Shown here: one piece after another, positions 9,873 to 17,964 of the stretch
How the letters are laid out: each line of letters starts with the position of its first letter
Numbering within the stretch: the stretch's first letter is position 1
From: Patescibacteria group bacterium
Lineage (GTDB): Bacteria; Patescibacteriota; Patescibacteriia; Veblenbacterales; UBA10138
NCBI GenBank assembly: GCA_018817715.1
Contig: JAHITT010000004.1
Coordinates: forward strand, 125,784-189,783
Direction: 5' to 3'
Length of the DNA: 64,000 nucleotides
Translations under genes and position numbers: made by a program
Notes under the pieces: model-generated
Database searches by the model: none
Told to the model about the DNA's origin: nothing
The model's input: the letters and a program-made list of their open reading frames with translations, nothing else

Positions 9873-9919
9873 ATTTTGCCCTCGTAGTTTCCGCCCAAGG
9901 CGGATCAGCCTCTGGCTGA
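9873..9919 (+). repeat. Duplicated tRNA-Arg 5' end followed by a REP-like double hairpin
   Basis: ATTTTGCCCTCGTAGTT at 9873-9889 is identical to 9969-9985. It is followed by TCCGCC-CAA-GGCGGA and TCAGCC-TCT-GGCTGA. Confidence 0.75.
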
Positions 9920-9973
9920 CAAGGGTATAAATTATGTAATTAATCATCATTTATTCACCATGTTATTTATTTT

Positions 9974-10048
9974 GCCCTCGTAGTTCAATGGATAGAACGC
10001 GAGCTTGCGGAGCTTGTGATGTAGGTTCGATTCCTACCGAGGGCACCA
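9974..10048 (+). tRNA. tRNA-Arg(GCG)
   Basis: Acceptor GCCCTCG/CGAGGGC, anticodon arm CGAGC-TTGCGGA-GCTTG, T-loop GTTCGATTC, encoded CCA. Confidence 0.93.
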
Positions 10049-10167
10049 CGTAGGAAAAGTCAAAGAGTTTTGGTTCGCCTCGCTTCGCTCGGCGACTAAT
10101 TTGTATTCAATTTTGGGGGAAGAAAAGTTTTTAATCATAAAGTCGAAAATTAATCAAGAATTTTAAT

Positions 10168-10839
10168 ATGAATACTCAAAAAGGATTTGCAAACATTGTT
10201 TTGATTGTAATTGTTGTTGGCATTGTCGCTGTTGGTGGATATTTTGTTTTTTCTAAAAAATCAGTAACGCCGACTCAAAACGTAACCGATCAGACCACAT
10301 CTACGGACACTCCTATTAGTAAAAAATCGGTGATACAAGTTCCTTTCATTGATATGGGCGGCTCGGTTGGCTTTGGGGACAAAGTAGGTTATGACCAAAA
10401 TGCCATGAAGAAGGCTTACGAAACAGGAGAACTGATTGGTTGTGGCGATAAAGTTGTTTACGTCAGTAAAGAAGTTACGGCAACAACTCAACCACTCGCC
10501 GCCGCTTACAAAGAACTTTTTGCCACTGGAGCCACTGTGCGCTTTGCAGGAAAGGAACTTGCCAATCCAATCGCAGACCAAGCGAAGGAACGAACTATCA
10601 CTTATGAAAACAGGCCTGCCGATGTCTTCAAGCCACTGCGTTTCATCAAGGCAGAAATCCGTGGTAATGTAGCAATGGTTTATCTTGAAGGTGATCTTGT
10701 TTCTAATGAATGCAATGATCCGCGTGTTGAAGCACAAATTATTTTTACAGCAAAGCAGTTTACTAACATCAGCGAAGTCAAAACCTATTTGAACGGCAAA
10801 GAATTTAATTGGCGTGCATGGATGGATCAACGAGGATAA
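10168..10839 (+). CDS. Membrane-anchored GerMN-like domain protein in a tRNA-adjacent insertion
   Basis: N-terminal QKGF plus TM. C-terminal C....VEAQI..TAKQF..I.EV..YLNG resembles GerMN. Composition is more G-rich than neighbouring plus-strand genes. Confidence 0.6.
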   Translation: MNTQKGFANIVLIVIVVGIVAVGGYFVFSKKSVTPTQNVTDQTTSTDTPISKKSVIQVPFIDMGGSVGFGDKVGYDQNAMKKAYETGELIGCGDKVVYVSKEVTATTQPLAAAYKELFATGATVRFAGKELANPIADQAKERTITYENRPADVFKPLRFIKAEIRGNVAMVYLEGDLVSNECNDPRVEAQIIFTAKQFTNISEVKTYLNGKEFNWRAWMDQRG

Positions 10840-11082
10840 CATTTGATCTATTTTCATTTTTTCAAAGAATTTGCCGCCAAGGAAAAACTTGAAATTGTCA
10901 GCGGTGTGGCTCCACCGCCTTTCCGAATTTTCGCGGAGGACTTCCTCGCCACCTGCGGCGGCGAAATGCGTTCGGACTAATTCAAGAATACTGCACCAGA
11001 AAACTATTTTAAAACCAGACAATGTATATTGTTTGTTTTTTATTTAATTGGCTTTTACAAAAATAACAGCCATAATGTATTT

Positions 11083-13131
11083 ATGAATAATTTAGCCAAA
11101 TCTTTAACTGATTTTAAGGGCGTAGGCCCGGTTCTACTAAAAAAATTAAACAAACTTGGGCTTAATACTGCTCAAGACTTATTATGGCACCTACCAACCA
11201 GATATGAAGATTTTTCCAATATTAAAAAAATTAAAGATTTAAAACCTAATGAAAAAATAACTATTAAAGGTAAAATTCAAACCATAAAAACCCAACGGCT
11301 CTGGCCACGACGATTAACTTTAACCCAAGCCTTATTAAATGACGGTAGCGGCACTATAAAAGCTATTTGGTTTAATCAACCTTATTTAGCTAAAAATTTA
11401 AAACCAGGTGAAGAAATTTGGTTATCTGGCCAATTAAAAGCCACCACTTATGGCCAGCAATTAGAACAACCTCATTATGAAAAATCATCCTCTCAAAAAA
11501 CCACTACTGCAAACCATTTAATACCTTATTATCCTTTAAGCGATGGCCTAACCCACCATACTTTTAGGCAATTAATAAAACAAATCCTGCCTTATACGCC
11601 GAGTTTAACAGATTGGCTACCAACAGAAATAAAAAATAAATTTAAGCTGCTCCACCATTCTAAAATGCTTACAGAGCTCCATTTTCCATCTGACAAAATA
11701 TCCTTAAGCCAAGCCAGGCGACGGCTAGTCTTTGATGAATTGTATTTAACCAGTTTACAAAATAATTTAGCCAAAATTAAAAGGGAGCAAAAAGAAGCGC
11801 CGCCTATGCCCTTTCAACCAGCCTTAAAAAATTTCGTTAACAAATTACCCTACCAGTTAACTAGTGACCAAAAAATAGCTGCCTGGGAAATAATAAAAGA
11901 TTTAGAAAAAGATAGTCCCATGTTCCGCTTATTACAAGGTGATGTTGGCTCGGGTAAAACAGTGGTAGCCGGCTTAGCCGCTTTAAATTGTTTCCTTAAC
12001 AACTACCAAACTGCTTTATTAGCACCGACCGAGGTATTAGCCAATCAACATTTTAACACCTTAAAAAAAATGCTGGCTGATTTTGATATTTCTTTAGCTC
12101 TACTAACCCAAGGACAAAGTTTAACAAATAATGACAATAAAATAAGTAAGGTTAATCTAAAAAAACTATTGGCTGACGGAAAAATAAATATTATTATCGG
12201 CACCCATACTTTATTGAAACCGGCTATAAAAATACCGCAATTAGGCCTGGTTATTGTAGATGAACAACACCGTTTTGGTGTTAACCAAAGACAAATTTTA
12301 ACCACTAAAAACAAAACACTTGCCCCGCATTTCCTGTCTTTAACTGCCACCCCAATTCCCCGCTCCTTAAGTTTGGCGCTGTATGGCGATTTAGCTATAT
12401 CTTTAATAAAAAAATTACCACCCGGCCGTAAGGCTATTATCACCAAAATAATTACCGACCGACAAAAAAAAGAAGCCTACCAACTGATTGAAAAAGAAAT
12501 TGCCTTAGGTAACAAGGTTTTTATTATTTGTCCTTTGGTGGAAGAAAGTGATTTATTAAACGCTACGGCAGCTAATCAAGAACACACCAGATTACAAAAA
12601 GAAATTTTTCCTAATATAAAATTAGGCTTATTGCATGGCCGTTTGAATAGTGCTGCTAAACAGCAAGCTTTAACAAATTTTAAAAACGGCCACACGCCTA
12701 TATTGGTGGCCACCTCGGTGGTGGAGGTTGGTTTAGATATACCCGAAGCTACTGTTATGGCCATAGAAAACGCCGAAAGGTTCGGCCTGGCCCAGCTACA
12801 CCAACTACGCGGTCGAATTGGCCGATCTAACCTAGACAGCCATTGCTTATTAATAACTAATAATGCTAAAAATGAACGTCTAACCGCCATGATTAAATAC
12901 CCCAATGGTTTTGATTTGGCTGAATTTGATTTAAAAACCCGAGGCCCGGGCAGTCTTTTGGGGGCTACTCAATCCGGTTTTATTAAATTAAAATACTGGG
13001 AACTGGTTAACAGTGAAATTATTAAAATAGTCCGCCAAGCAGTCTTACAAACTATTTCTTTAGATGCAACTTTACAAACCTGGCCTGAACTTAAACTTAA
13101 AATTAAACAAGAAAATACCCATTTAGAATAA
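11083..13131 (+). CDS. recG: ATP-dependent DNA helicase RecG
   Basis: RLLQGDVGSGKT, APTEVLA.QH, DEQHRFG, TATPIPR, QLHQLRGRIGR and RGPG motifs. ATG 11083 preferred. Confidence 0.97.
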   Translation: MNNLAKSLTDFKGVGPVLLKKLNKLGLNTAQDLLWHLPTRYEDFSNIKKIKDLKPNEKITIKGKIQTIKTQRLWPRRLTLTQALLNDGSGTIKAIWFNQPYLAKNLKPGEEIWLSGQLKATTYGQQLEQPHYEKSSSQKTTTANHLIPYYPLSDGLTHHTFRQLIKQILPYTPSLTDWLPTEIKNKFKLLHHSKMLTELHFPSDKISLSQARRRLVFDELYLTSLQNNLAKIKREQKEAPPMPFQPALKNFVNKLPYQLTSDQKIAAWEIIKDLEKDSPMFRLLQGDVGSGKTVVAGLAALNCFLNNYQTALLAPTEVLANQHFNTLKKMLADFDISLALLTQGQSLTNNDNKISKVNLKKLLADGKINIIIGTHTLLKPAIKIPQLGLVIVDEQHRFGVNQRQILTTKNKTLAPHFLSLTATPIPRSLSLALYGDLAISLIKKLPPGRKAIITKIITDRQKKEAYQLIEKEIALGNKVFIICPLVEESDLLNATAANQEHTRLQKEIFPNIKLGLLHGRLNSAAKQQALTNFKNGHTPILVATSVVEVGLDIPEATVMAIENAERFGLAQLHQLRGRIGRSNLDSHCLLITNNAKNERLTAMIKYPNGFDLAEFDLKTRGPGSLLGATQSGFIKLKYWELVNSEIIKIVRQAVLQTISLDATLQTWPELKLKIKQENTHLE

Positions 13132-13269
13132 TTCCAGAATCTAAAAATTATTTTTTAAAATTAAAAATCCTAACGTCTAATACTTAGAATTATGACTTTT
13201 TACAAATACTTCCATACTTCCCAGTATCAAAGAATTTCCCTTAATTCTTAATTCTAATCTATCCAACTA

Positions 13270-13332
13270 TTGACAAATTGCTTAAACTGTGATACAATGT
13301 TATATTAAAATAAATAAACTCTTTAACAATTT
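13270..13332 (+). promoter_or_regulatory. Sigma70 promoter followed by a boxA-like motif
   Basis: TTGACA(13270)-17 nt-TACAAT(13293) with an extended TG. CTCTTTAACAATTT at 13319-13332 matches the rrn boxA consensus. Confidence 0.75.
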
Positions 13333-13333
13333 G

Positions 13334-13403
13334 TGCAAGCAGGGTATAAACACGTGTCGGTGGCTTCCTCCACCAACGTGCTGCGCAGCTTACCCTGTTT
13401 GTA
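13334..13403 (+). ncRNA. Unassigned structured RNA/leader (multi-stem)
   Basis: 13-bp outer stem TGCAAGCAGGGTA/TACCCTGTTTGTA (two G-U pairs, favouring the + strand) encloses CACGT/ACGTG, GGTGG/CCACC and a small GCTGCGCAGC hairpin. Confidence 0.5.
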
Positions 13404-13466
13404 TTTCAAAATAAACAACATTCACAAACGAAATGGAGGAAAAATGTTTAATTCAAGTTAAAAAAC

Positions 13467-13846
13467 ATTACTCACAATTTTAATCAATCACTATAATGTA
13501 AAACCTGGAGAAAAAATGGAAAAATTTAGAATAGGCTACTTAATGAATGGTGGGCCCAAAGAAATACCAATAAACATAAATAAAAATCTTCTAATAATTA
13601 CACCAGAAGAAAAAGAAATATCTTTGAAAGAATTTATTGAAAAACAAGTTAAACAAAAAAATAAATTCATCATTGATGACATACGAATTCTGGAAAAATT
13701 AGCAAAAGATGGTATTTTACTCGAAAAATGTCATATCGAAAAATCTATCAGACGTTTAGCATTAACCAAAGATCTTATAGCTGAAGGAGACGTTGATTCA
13801 GCTATAATCCATTATCAAGTAGCACTCCCCTAAAATTGTGAGTAAT
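13467..13846. repeat. Perfect 16-bp inverted repeat enclosing the orphan ORF
   Basis: ATTACTCACAATTTTA (13467-13482) is the exact reverse complement of TAAAATTGTGAGTAAT (13831-13846). Confidence 0.85.
13516..13833 (+). CDS. Orphan hypothetical protein (105 aa)
   Basis: ORF with a GGAG RBS, downstream of a clear promoter and upstream of a terminator. No recognisable family. Confidence 0.55.
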   Translation: MEKFRIGYLMNGGPKEIPININKNLLIITPEEKEISLKEFIEKQVKQKNKFIIDDIRILEKLAKDGILLEKCHIEKSIRRLALTKDLIAEGDVDSAIIHYQVALP

Positions 13847-13894
13847 TAAGTAATTTATCAGTTTTAAATTACGTAAATTACCCCCCATAATCAC

Positions 13895-13931
13895 AGCCGG
13901 CCACCCCGTAAGGTGTCCGGTTTTCTTTTTT
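13895..13931 (+). terminator. Intrinsic terminator
   Basis: GCCGG.CACC-CCGTAA-GGTG.CCGGT followed by TTTCTTTTTT. Confidence 0.7.
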
Positions 13932-14100
13932 ATAAACCACTAATACTTCCATACTCGCAAGTATGGAAGTATTAGCTAAAAATCGTGACTCTGATTGCTT
14001 TAATCATCATCCCACTCCGCCAGTTGGCGGACACGGGATAAAAACGAAGCTTTTATTCGTGATTCTTAATTCGTAATTCTTAACTCTAATTTATTATCCT

Positions 14101-15453
14101 TTATAACCAATCCATTACCTCAAACAAATTGCCAACCACGGAAATTTCTAATACCTTGGGAAACTTTATATTATTAGGCAATTTTGAACAAAGAACTTGT
14201 TTAAAACCCAAACGAGCGCTCTCCTGTAATCTTTTAGGCATATTATTAACTGCTCTTATTTCCCCGCCTAAACCCACCTCGCCAAAAACCACTAAATCTT
14301 TAGCCAGTGGTTTTTTTTGCCGAGCTGATATAACAGCTAAACAAACCGCTAAATCCAAAGCTGGTTCTCGACTTTTTAAACCTCCAGCTAAATTAACATA
14401 AACATCATTATAACCAAATTTAAGACCAACTTTTTCTTCTAAAACAGCTATTAACAATTGTAAACGGGCACTATCATAACCAGTTGTAGCTCTTTTGGGG
14501 TAATTCAATTTAGTTACTCTAGTCACCAAAGCTTGCACTTCCACCAACAAACTGCGCGAACCTTGCTGCAGGGCTGTAATACAAGAACCAGCACCAGCGT
14601 GCCGATCGTCTAAAAATAAAGCTGAGGGATTGTTTACTTCTATTAAGCCTCCTTCCTCCATTTGAAAAACCCCTACTTCATCAGTGGAACCAAATCTATT
14701 TTTAGTCGCCCGTAAAATTTTAACCGACTGCTTATCTAAACTTTCTAAACTTAACACCACATCTACCAAATGCTCAATTGTTTTAGGCCCAGCCGCCTGG
14801 CCAGATTTTATAACATGACCAATTACCATAACAGCTGTTTTGGTTTCCTTGGCCAAAGCTACTAAATCACTCAAAATACTTTTTAATTGATTAGGCGAAC
14901 TGGAACCGACTAATGAATCCTCCGAAACCACCGTTTGTAAAGAATCTATTATTAATAATTTTACAGAATTTTGCCGAACCGCTTGGGCAATAGCCTGAAT
15001 ATTTGTTTCTGCAGTAAAACCTAATTTATCACCTTTAACTTTAAGCCGCCTAGCTCTTTGCTCAATTTGTTCTAAAGCTTCTTCGCCCGAAGCATATAAA
15101 ACTGGTTGGCTACAACTATCAGCCAAAGCTAAAAGTAGAGTAGATTTACCCGCTCCCGGCTCACCAGTTAATAAAGTAACTCCTCCTTCCACTAAACCAC
15201 CACCTAAAACTCTATCCACTTCATTTAAACCAGAAACAAAACGCTTTAAAGATAAATTGCTACCAAGTCTTAAAGAAGTTACGCCGGCCGCTTTGGTTGT
15301 TTTAAGAGAGGAAATTGATTGAGATTTAATTATGGTTTCTGGTTGGCTGGCAATGGTACCGAACTGGCCACATTCAGAACAACGGCCCAACCAGGTAGCC
15401 TGTTGGGCATCACAATTAGAACAAGTATAAATAATCGTTGTTTTAGCCGCCAT
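14101..15453 (-). CDS. radA: DNA repair protein RadA/Sms
   Basis: N-terminal C4 zinc finger, GEPGAGKST Walker A, KNRFG motif and Lon-like C-terminus GEVGLGGEIR. Confidence 0.97.
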   Translation of the reverse strand: MAAKTTIIYTCSNCDAQQATWLGRCSECGQFGTIASQPETIIKSQSISSLKTTKAAGVTSLRLGSNLSLKRFVSGLNEVDRVLGGGLVEGGVTLLTGEPGAGKSTLLLALADSCSQPVLYASGEEALEQIEQRARRLKVKGDKLGFTAETNIQAIAQAVRQNSVKLLIIDSLQTVVSEDSLVGSSSPNQLKSILSDLVALAKETKTAVMVIGHVIKSGQAAGPKTIEHLVDVVLSLESLDKQSVKILRATKNRFGSTDEVGVFQMEEGGLIEVNNPSALFLDDRHAGAGSCITALQQGSRSLLVEVQALVTRVTKLNYPKRATTGYDSARLQLLIAVLEEKVGLKFGYNDVYVNLAGGLKSREPALDLAVCLAVISARQKKPLAKDLVVFGEVGLGGEIRAVNNMPKRLQESARLGFKQVLCSKLPNNIKFPKVLEISVVGNLFEVMDWL

Positions 15454-15462
15454 TTATTTAAA

Positions 15463-16941
15463 TTATGTACATTTATCACTGCCAGCTGGTTTATCTTTAC
15501 CAGCCTGCCAGCGGGCTGTACCCCATTCAAAATGCCACCATTCACCACAATATCTAACCCAACCAACTTCTGACATAACTTGCTGTAATAAAGATATATC
15601 AGTCCAAACATCATTGGGTACTAAATTAATAGACGGCCGGGCAAAAGCCGAACTAATATAAGGACAACTTTGTCCTTGCAGACAAACATCCACTGCCCCG
15701 CCGGTTAAATGAGGTGCGGCACAACTAGGATAGGCCACAAAACTTCGAACCTTATCCGCACCATGTTTAGCTATACCTTCATTAAACAGTTTAGTTTGCG
15801 TAGCCAAACTTCGATGTGCTGAATTGATTTGTAAGGTTTTATTATATTGTGTTTTTAATATGTTTTGTACTTCCAATAATTTTTGATAAGCCTCCTTATT
15901 AAGCCTAGGGTCGCTGGCATAAACCGCGCCAAATTTTTTGGTTTCTATAGCTGTTAAATTATCTTCATTGGCGCATTTATTTTGATTGCTTGCCGCCGCA
16001 TCACTGTCTGAACCAGTTTTGGCTATAATAGTATCCTCTCTGGTAATTGTTTCCAATTTTAAATCCTTAAATTCAACCAAAGCCGGATTAATTAATTGCA
16101 GTAAAGAATAAGACATTAAAGCAATTACTAAACCAACAATAGCGCTAATAATAGTAGAATTGGCGTTTTTGATAGTTTCGGCGCTACCAGCCGCGGCAAT
16201 ACGTTTAAAACCGCCCCACATTATCATAACCACGGCTATAACAGCTATTAAACCAGTAAAAAATTTATAAAAATCCGCTATATATTGACCTAAAGTATTC
16301 CCTGTTACTACCACAGGTTTACCAGCAGTAAAAATCGTACCCGGTATAGTAACTTGCGGAACGAATTCTGTTGTTTTAGATTCTTGGCTTTGGTTTTGTG
16401 TAGTATTATAACTGTCAGCTGGCATCACACAACCTAATTGCAACACTACTCCATTATCACCATATATCTCTTGACAAGTAGATGGACTACAACAATTTAA
16501 ATTACTACAAGCCGCCCCAACTAGACCTAACAATCCCTCCCAAAGTGACGGAGATTTAAATTCTCCAGGACTTACACAATCAATATTAGTACTAACAGCT
16601 GTAGCATCCGGCACTGTTTCATTAAAAGTATTAAAACTAACACATTTATAAACTTTGGAACCCTGACCTATGTCTTTTTGGCAACAAGCTTTACCAGAGA
16701 TAGCTGAAATAGAACAACCATTACAGTCTACGGCATTAGCCGAACCATAACCACAAACATCTACACCAGCTTCATTTTTTTGACAAGCCGAGGTAACAGG
16801 TGAGCTAAAACCTAGTTCATAACCTTCTGCCTGACAAGCCTGAACAGCTTTAGAAGTCGGATCCGATTGAGCTAAAACAAAAGTCGGCCAAGCAACTAAC
16901 CAACTGACAATCAATAATAAATAAACAACTTTCTGTTTCAT
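15463..16941 (-). CDS. VirB2/TrbC-like pilin fused to a Cys-rich N-domain and a C-terminal M15 (VanX/VanY-like) D,D-peptidase
   Basis: Signal peptide (VLA-Q), Cys-rich region, pilin hairpin IAVVMIMWGGF...AG......A...I..AIVGLVI..SY.LL..INP.L, then SAHRS, PHLTGGAVD and EWWHFE zinc motifs. Confidence 0.8.
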   Translation of the reverse strand: MKQKVVYLLLIVSWLVAWPTFVLAQSDPTSKAVQACQAEGYELGFSSPVTSACQKNEAGVDVCGYGSANAVDCNGCSISAISGKACCQKDIGQGSKVYKCVSFNTFNETVPDATAVSTNIDCVSPGEFKSPSLWEGLLGLVGAACSNLNCCSPSTCQEIYGDNGVVLQLGCVMPADSYNTTQNQSQESKTTEFVPQVTIPGTIFTAGKPVVVTGNTLGQYIADFYKFFTGLIAVIAVVMIMWGGFKRIAAAGSAETIKNANSTIISAIVGLVIALMSYSLLQLINPALVEFKDLKLETITREDTIIAKTGSDSDAAASNQNKCANEDNLTAIETKKFGAVYASDPRLNKEAYQKLLEVQNILKTQYNKTLQINSAHRSLATQTKLFNEGIAKHGADKVRSFVAYPSCAAPHLTGGAVDVCLQGQSCPYISSAFARPSINLVPNDVWTDISLLQQVMSEVGWVRYCGEWWHFEWGTARWQAGKDKPAGSDKCT

Positions 16942-16942
16942 A

Positions 16943-17593
16943 TTAATAACCACTTAACAAATCATTTAGTTCCGTTTGTGTTAAAATGCCACTATGCACC
17001 CGACCATTAATTATATAATAAGGTGTACCATCTAAACCAACCGACCGACCTTCCATAATATTCCTTTGAATTAATGGCAAAGTTTCGTTATTACTCAAGC
17101 AAGTTAAAAATTTAGGCATATTTAATTTTAAATCATTAGCGATTGATTCATACACGAAATCACTTAAACTAGATTGATTTTGAAAAAGTTTATCATGATA
17201 ATCCCAAAATTTACCCTGCAGCGAGGCACACTGAGCCGCTTTAGCAGCCGGCAAAGACTGCTCGTGTTCGGCCAAAGGAAAATCTTTCCAAACTAAACTA
17301 ACTCTATCTTTATTTTGGGCAACCATCACAGACAATAAAACAGCCATTTGAGCACAATAAGGACAAGTAAAATCGCTAAACTGAACAATCGTTAGTTTGG
17401 CTCCATTTTTTACTCCTCTTACTGGGTCAGCTGGAAAAATAGTCACCTCACTAGGATTTTTAGGTTGAACTTTTTCTGTCGGCTGTTCCAAAACTGGATT
17501 AATTATTTTTGATTGCTCTTTTAAATTAAAAAAAATCACGACCAACAAAACCACCGCTAATAAACCAAACCAGAAAGAAATTTTTTTTAACAT
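16943..17593 (-). CDS. Membrane-anchored DsbA-family thiol-disulfide oxidoreductase
   Basis: FSDFTCPYC, KDFPL, QGKFWDYHDKLF and the GTP cis-proline loop. Confidence 0.9.
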   Translation of the reverse strand: MLKKISFWFGLLAVVLLVVIFFNLKEQSKIINPVLEQPTEKVQPKNPSEVTIFPADPVRGVKNGAKLTIVQFSDFTCPYCAQMAVLLSVMVAQNKDRVSLVWKDFPLAEHEQSLPAAKAAQCASLQGKFWDYHDKLFQNQSSLSDFVYESIANDLKLNMPKFLTCLSNNETLPLIQRNIMEGRSVGLDGTPYYIINGRVHSGILTQTELNDLLSGY

Positions 17594-17601
17594 AAAATAT
17601 T

Positions 17602-17903
17602 AAAACTTAAATCCTAAATAAATCCCAAATCACAATTTCCAAACTTACTTATCTTTTAACATCTCTTTGTTTTTAAGCTTAATTATTATGGAGTTAAAGA
17701 TTAAGTTTAATTCCTTAGCTTCTTGCCATAATTTGCGAGCTGACCTTATTAATTGACTTATAATCGGCTTAATAACGGTATTATTAGGTAAAGTTTTAAC
17801 AAACTTTATCACAGCTATACCAAAGGCAGCTGTCCTGTTTTCTAAATCATACCTTGGCATTTTGGGTATTATTTAAGATTTAGAAATTAGGATTTGAGAT
17901 TTT
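17602..17903. repeat. Inverted arrays of degenerate ~7-mer repeats flanking the four-helix-bundle gene
   Basis: Left array AAACTTAAATCCTAAATAAATCCCAAATCACAATTTCCAAA; right array TTTAAGATTTAGAAATTAGGATTTGAGATTT is in the complementary orientation. Confidence 0.6.
17645..17860 (-). pseudogene. Four-helix-bundle (23S rRNA IVP-like) protein with a large in-frame internal deletion
   Basis: The N-part YDLENRT..F...VI.F...LP......IISQLIRSA joins directly to the C-part RKLWQEAKEL.LIF. The central SIGANY.EA...DF..K..KE..ET..WL segment typical of the family is absent. Confidence 0.7.
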
Positions 17904-17964
17904 ATTAAATTGTTAAACCCCTCCATAGGTTTATTTGTTAATATTTAACCTATTTAAAATAACA

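Noticed and set aside
10261-11022. 253-aa minus-strand ORF
   Set aside because: It is antisense to the better-supported 10168-10839 gene and has no recognisable motifs. It is treated as a shadow ORF, and only its 5' part may be a gene remnant.
13334-13846. Retron-like ncRNA system
   Set aside because: Inverted repeats and stems are present, but there is no reverse transcriptase nearby and the 105-aa ORF lacks RT motifs.
17645-17860. Diversity-generating retroelement (Avd-like four-helix bundle)
   Set aside because: There is no reverse transcriptase in the window. The only long repeat pair (the pilin module) differs almost only at synonymous sites, not by the adenine-specific TR/VR pattern.
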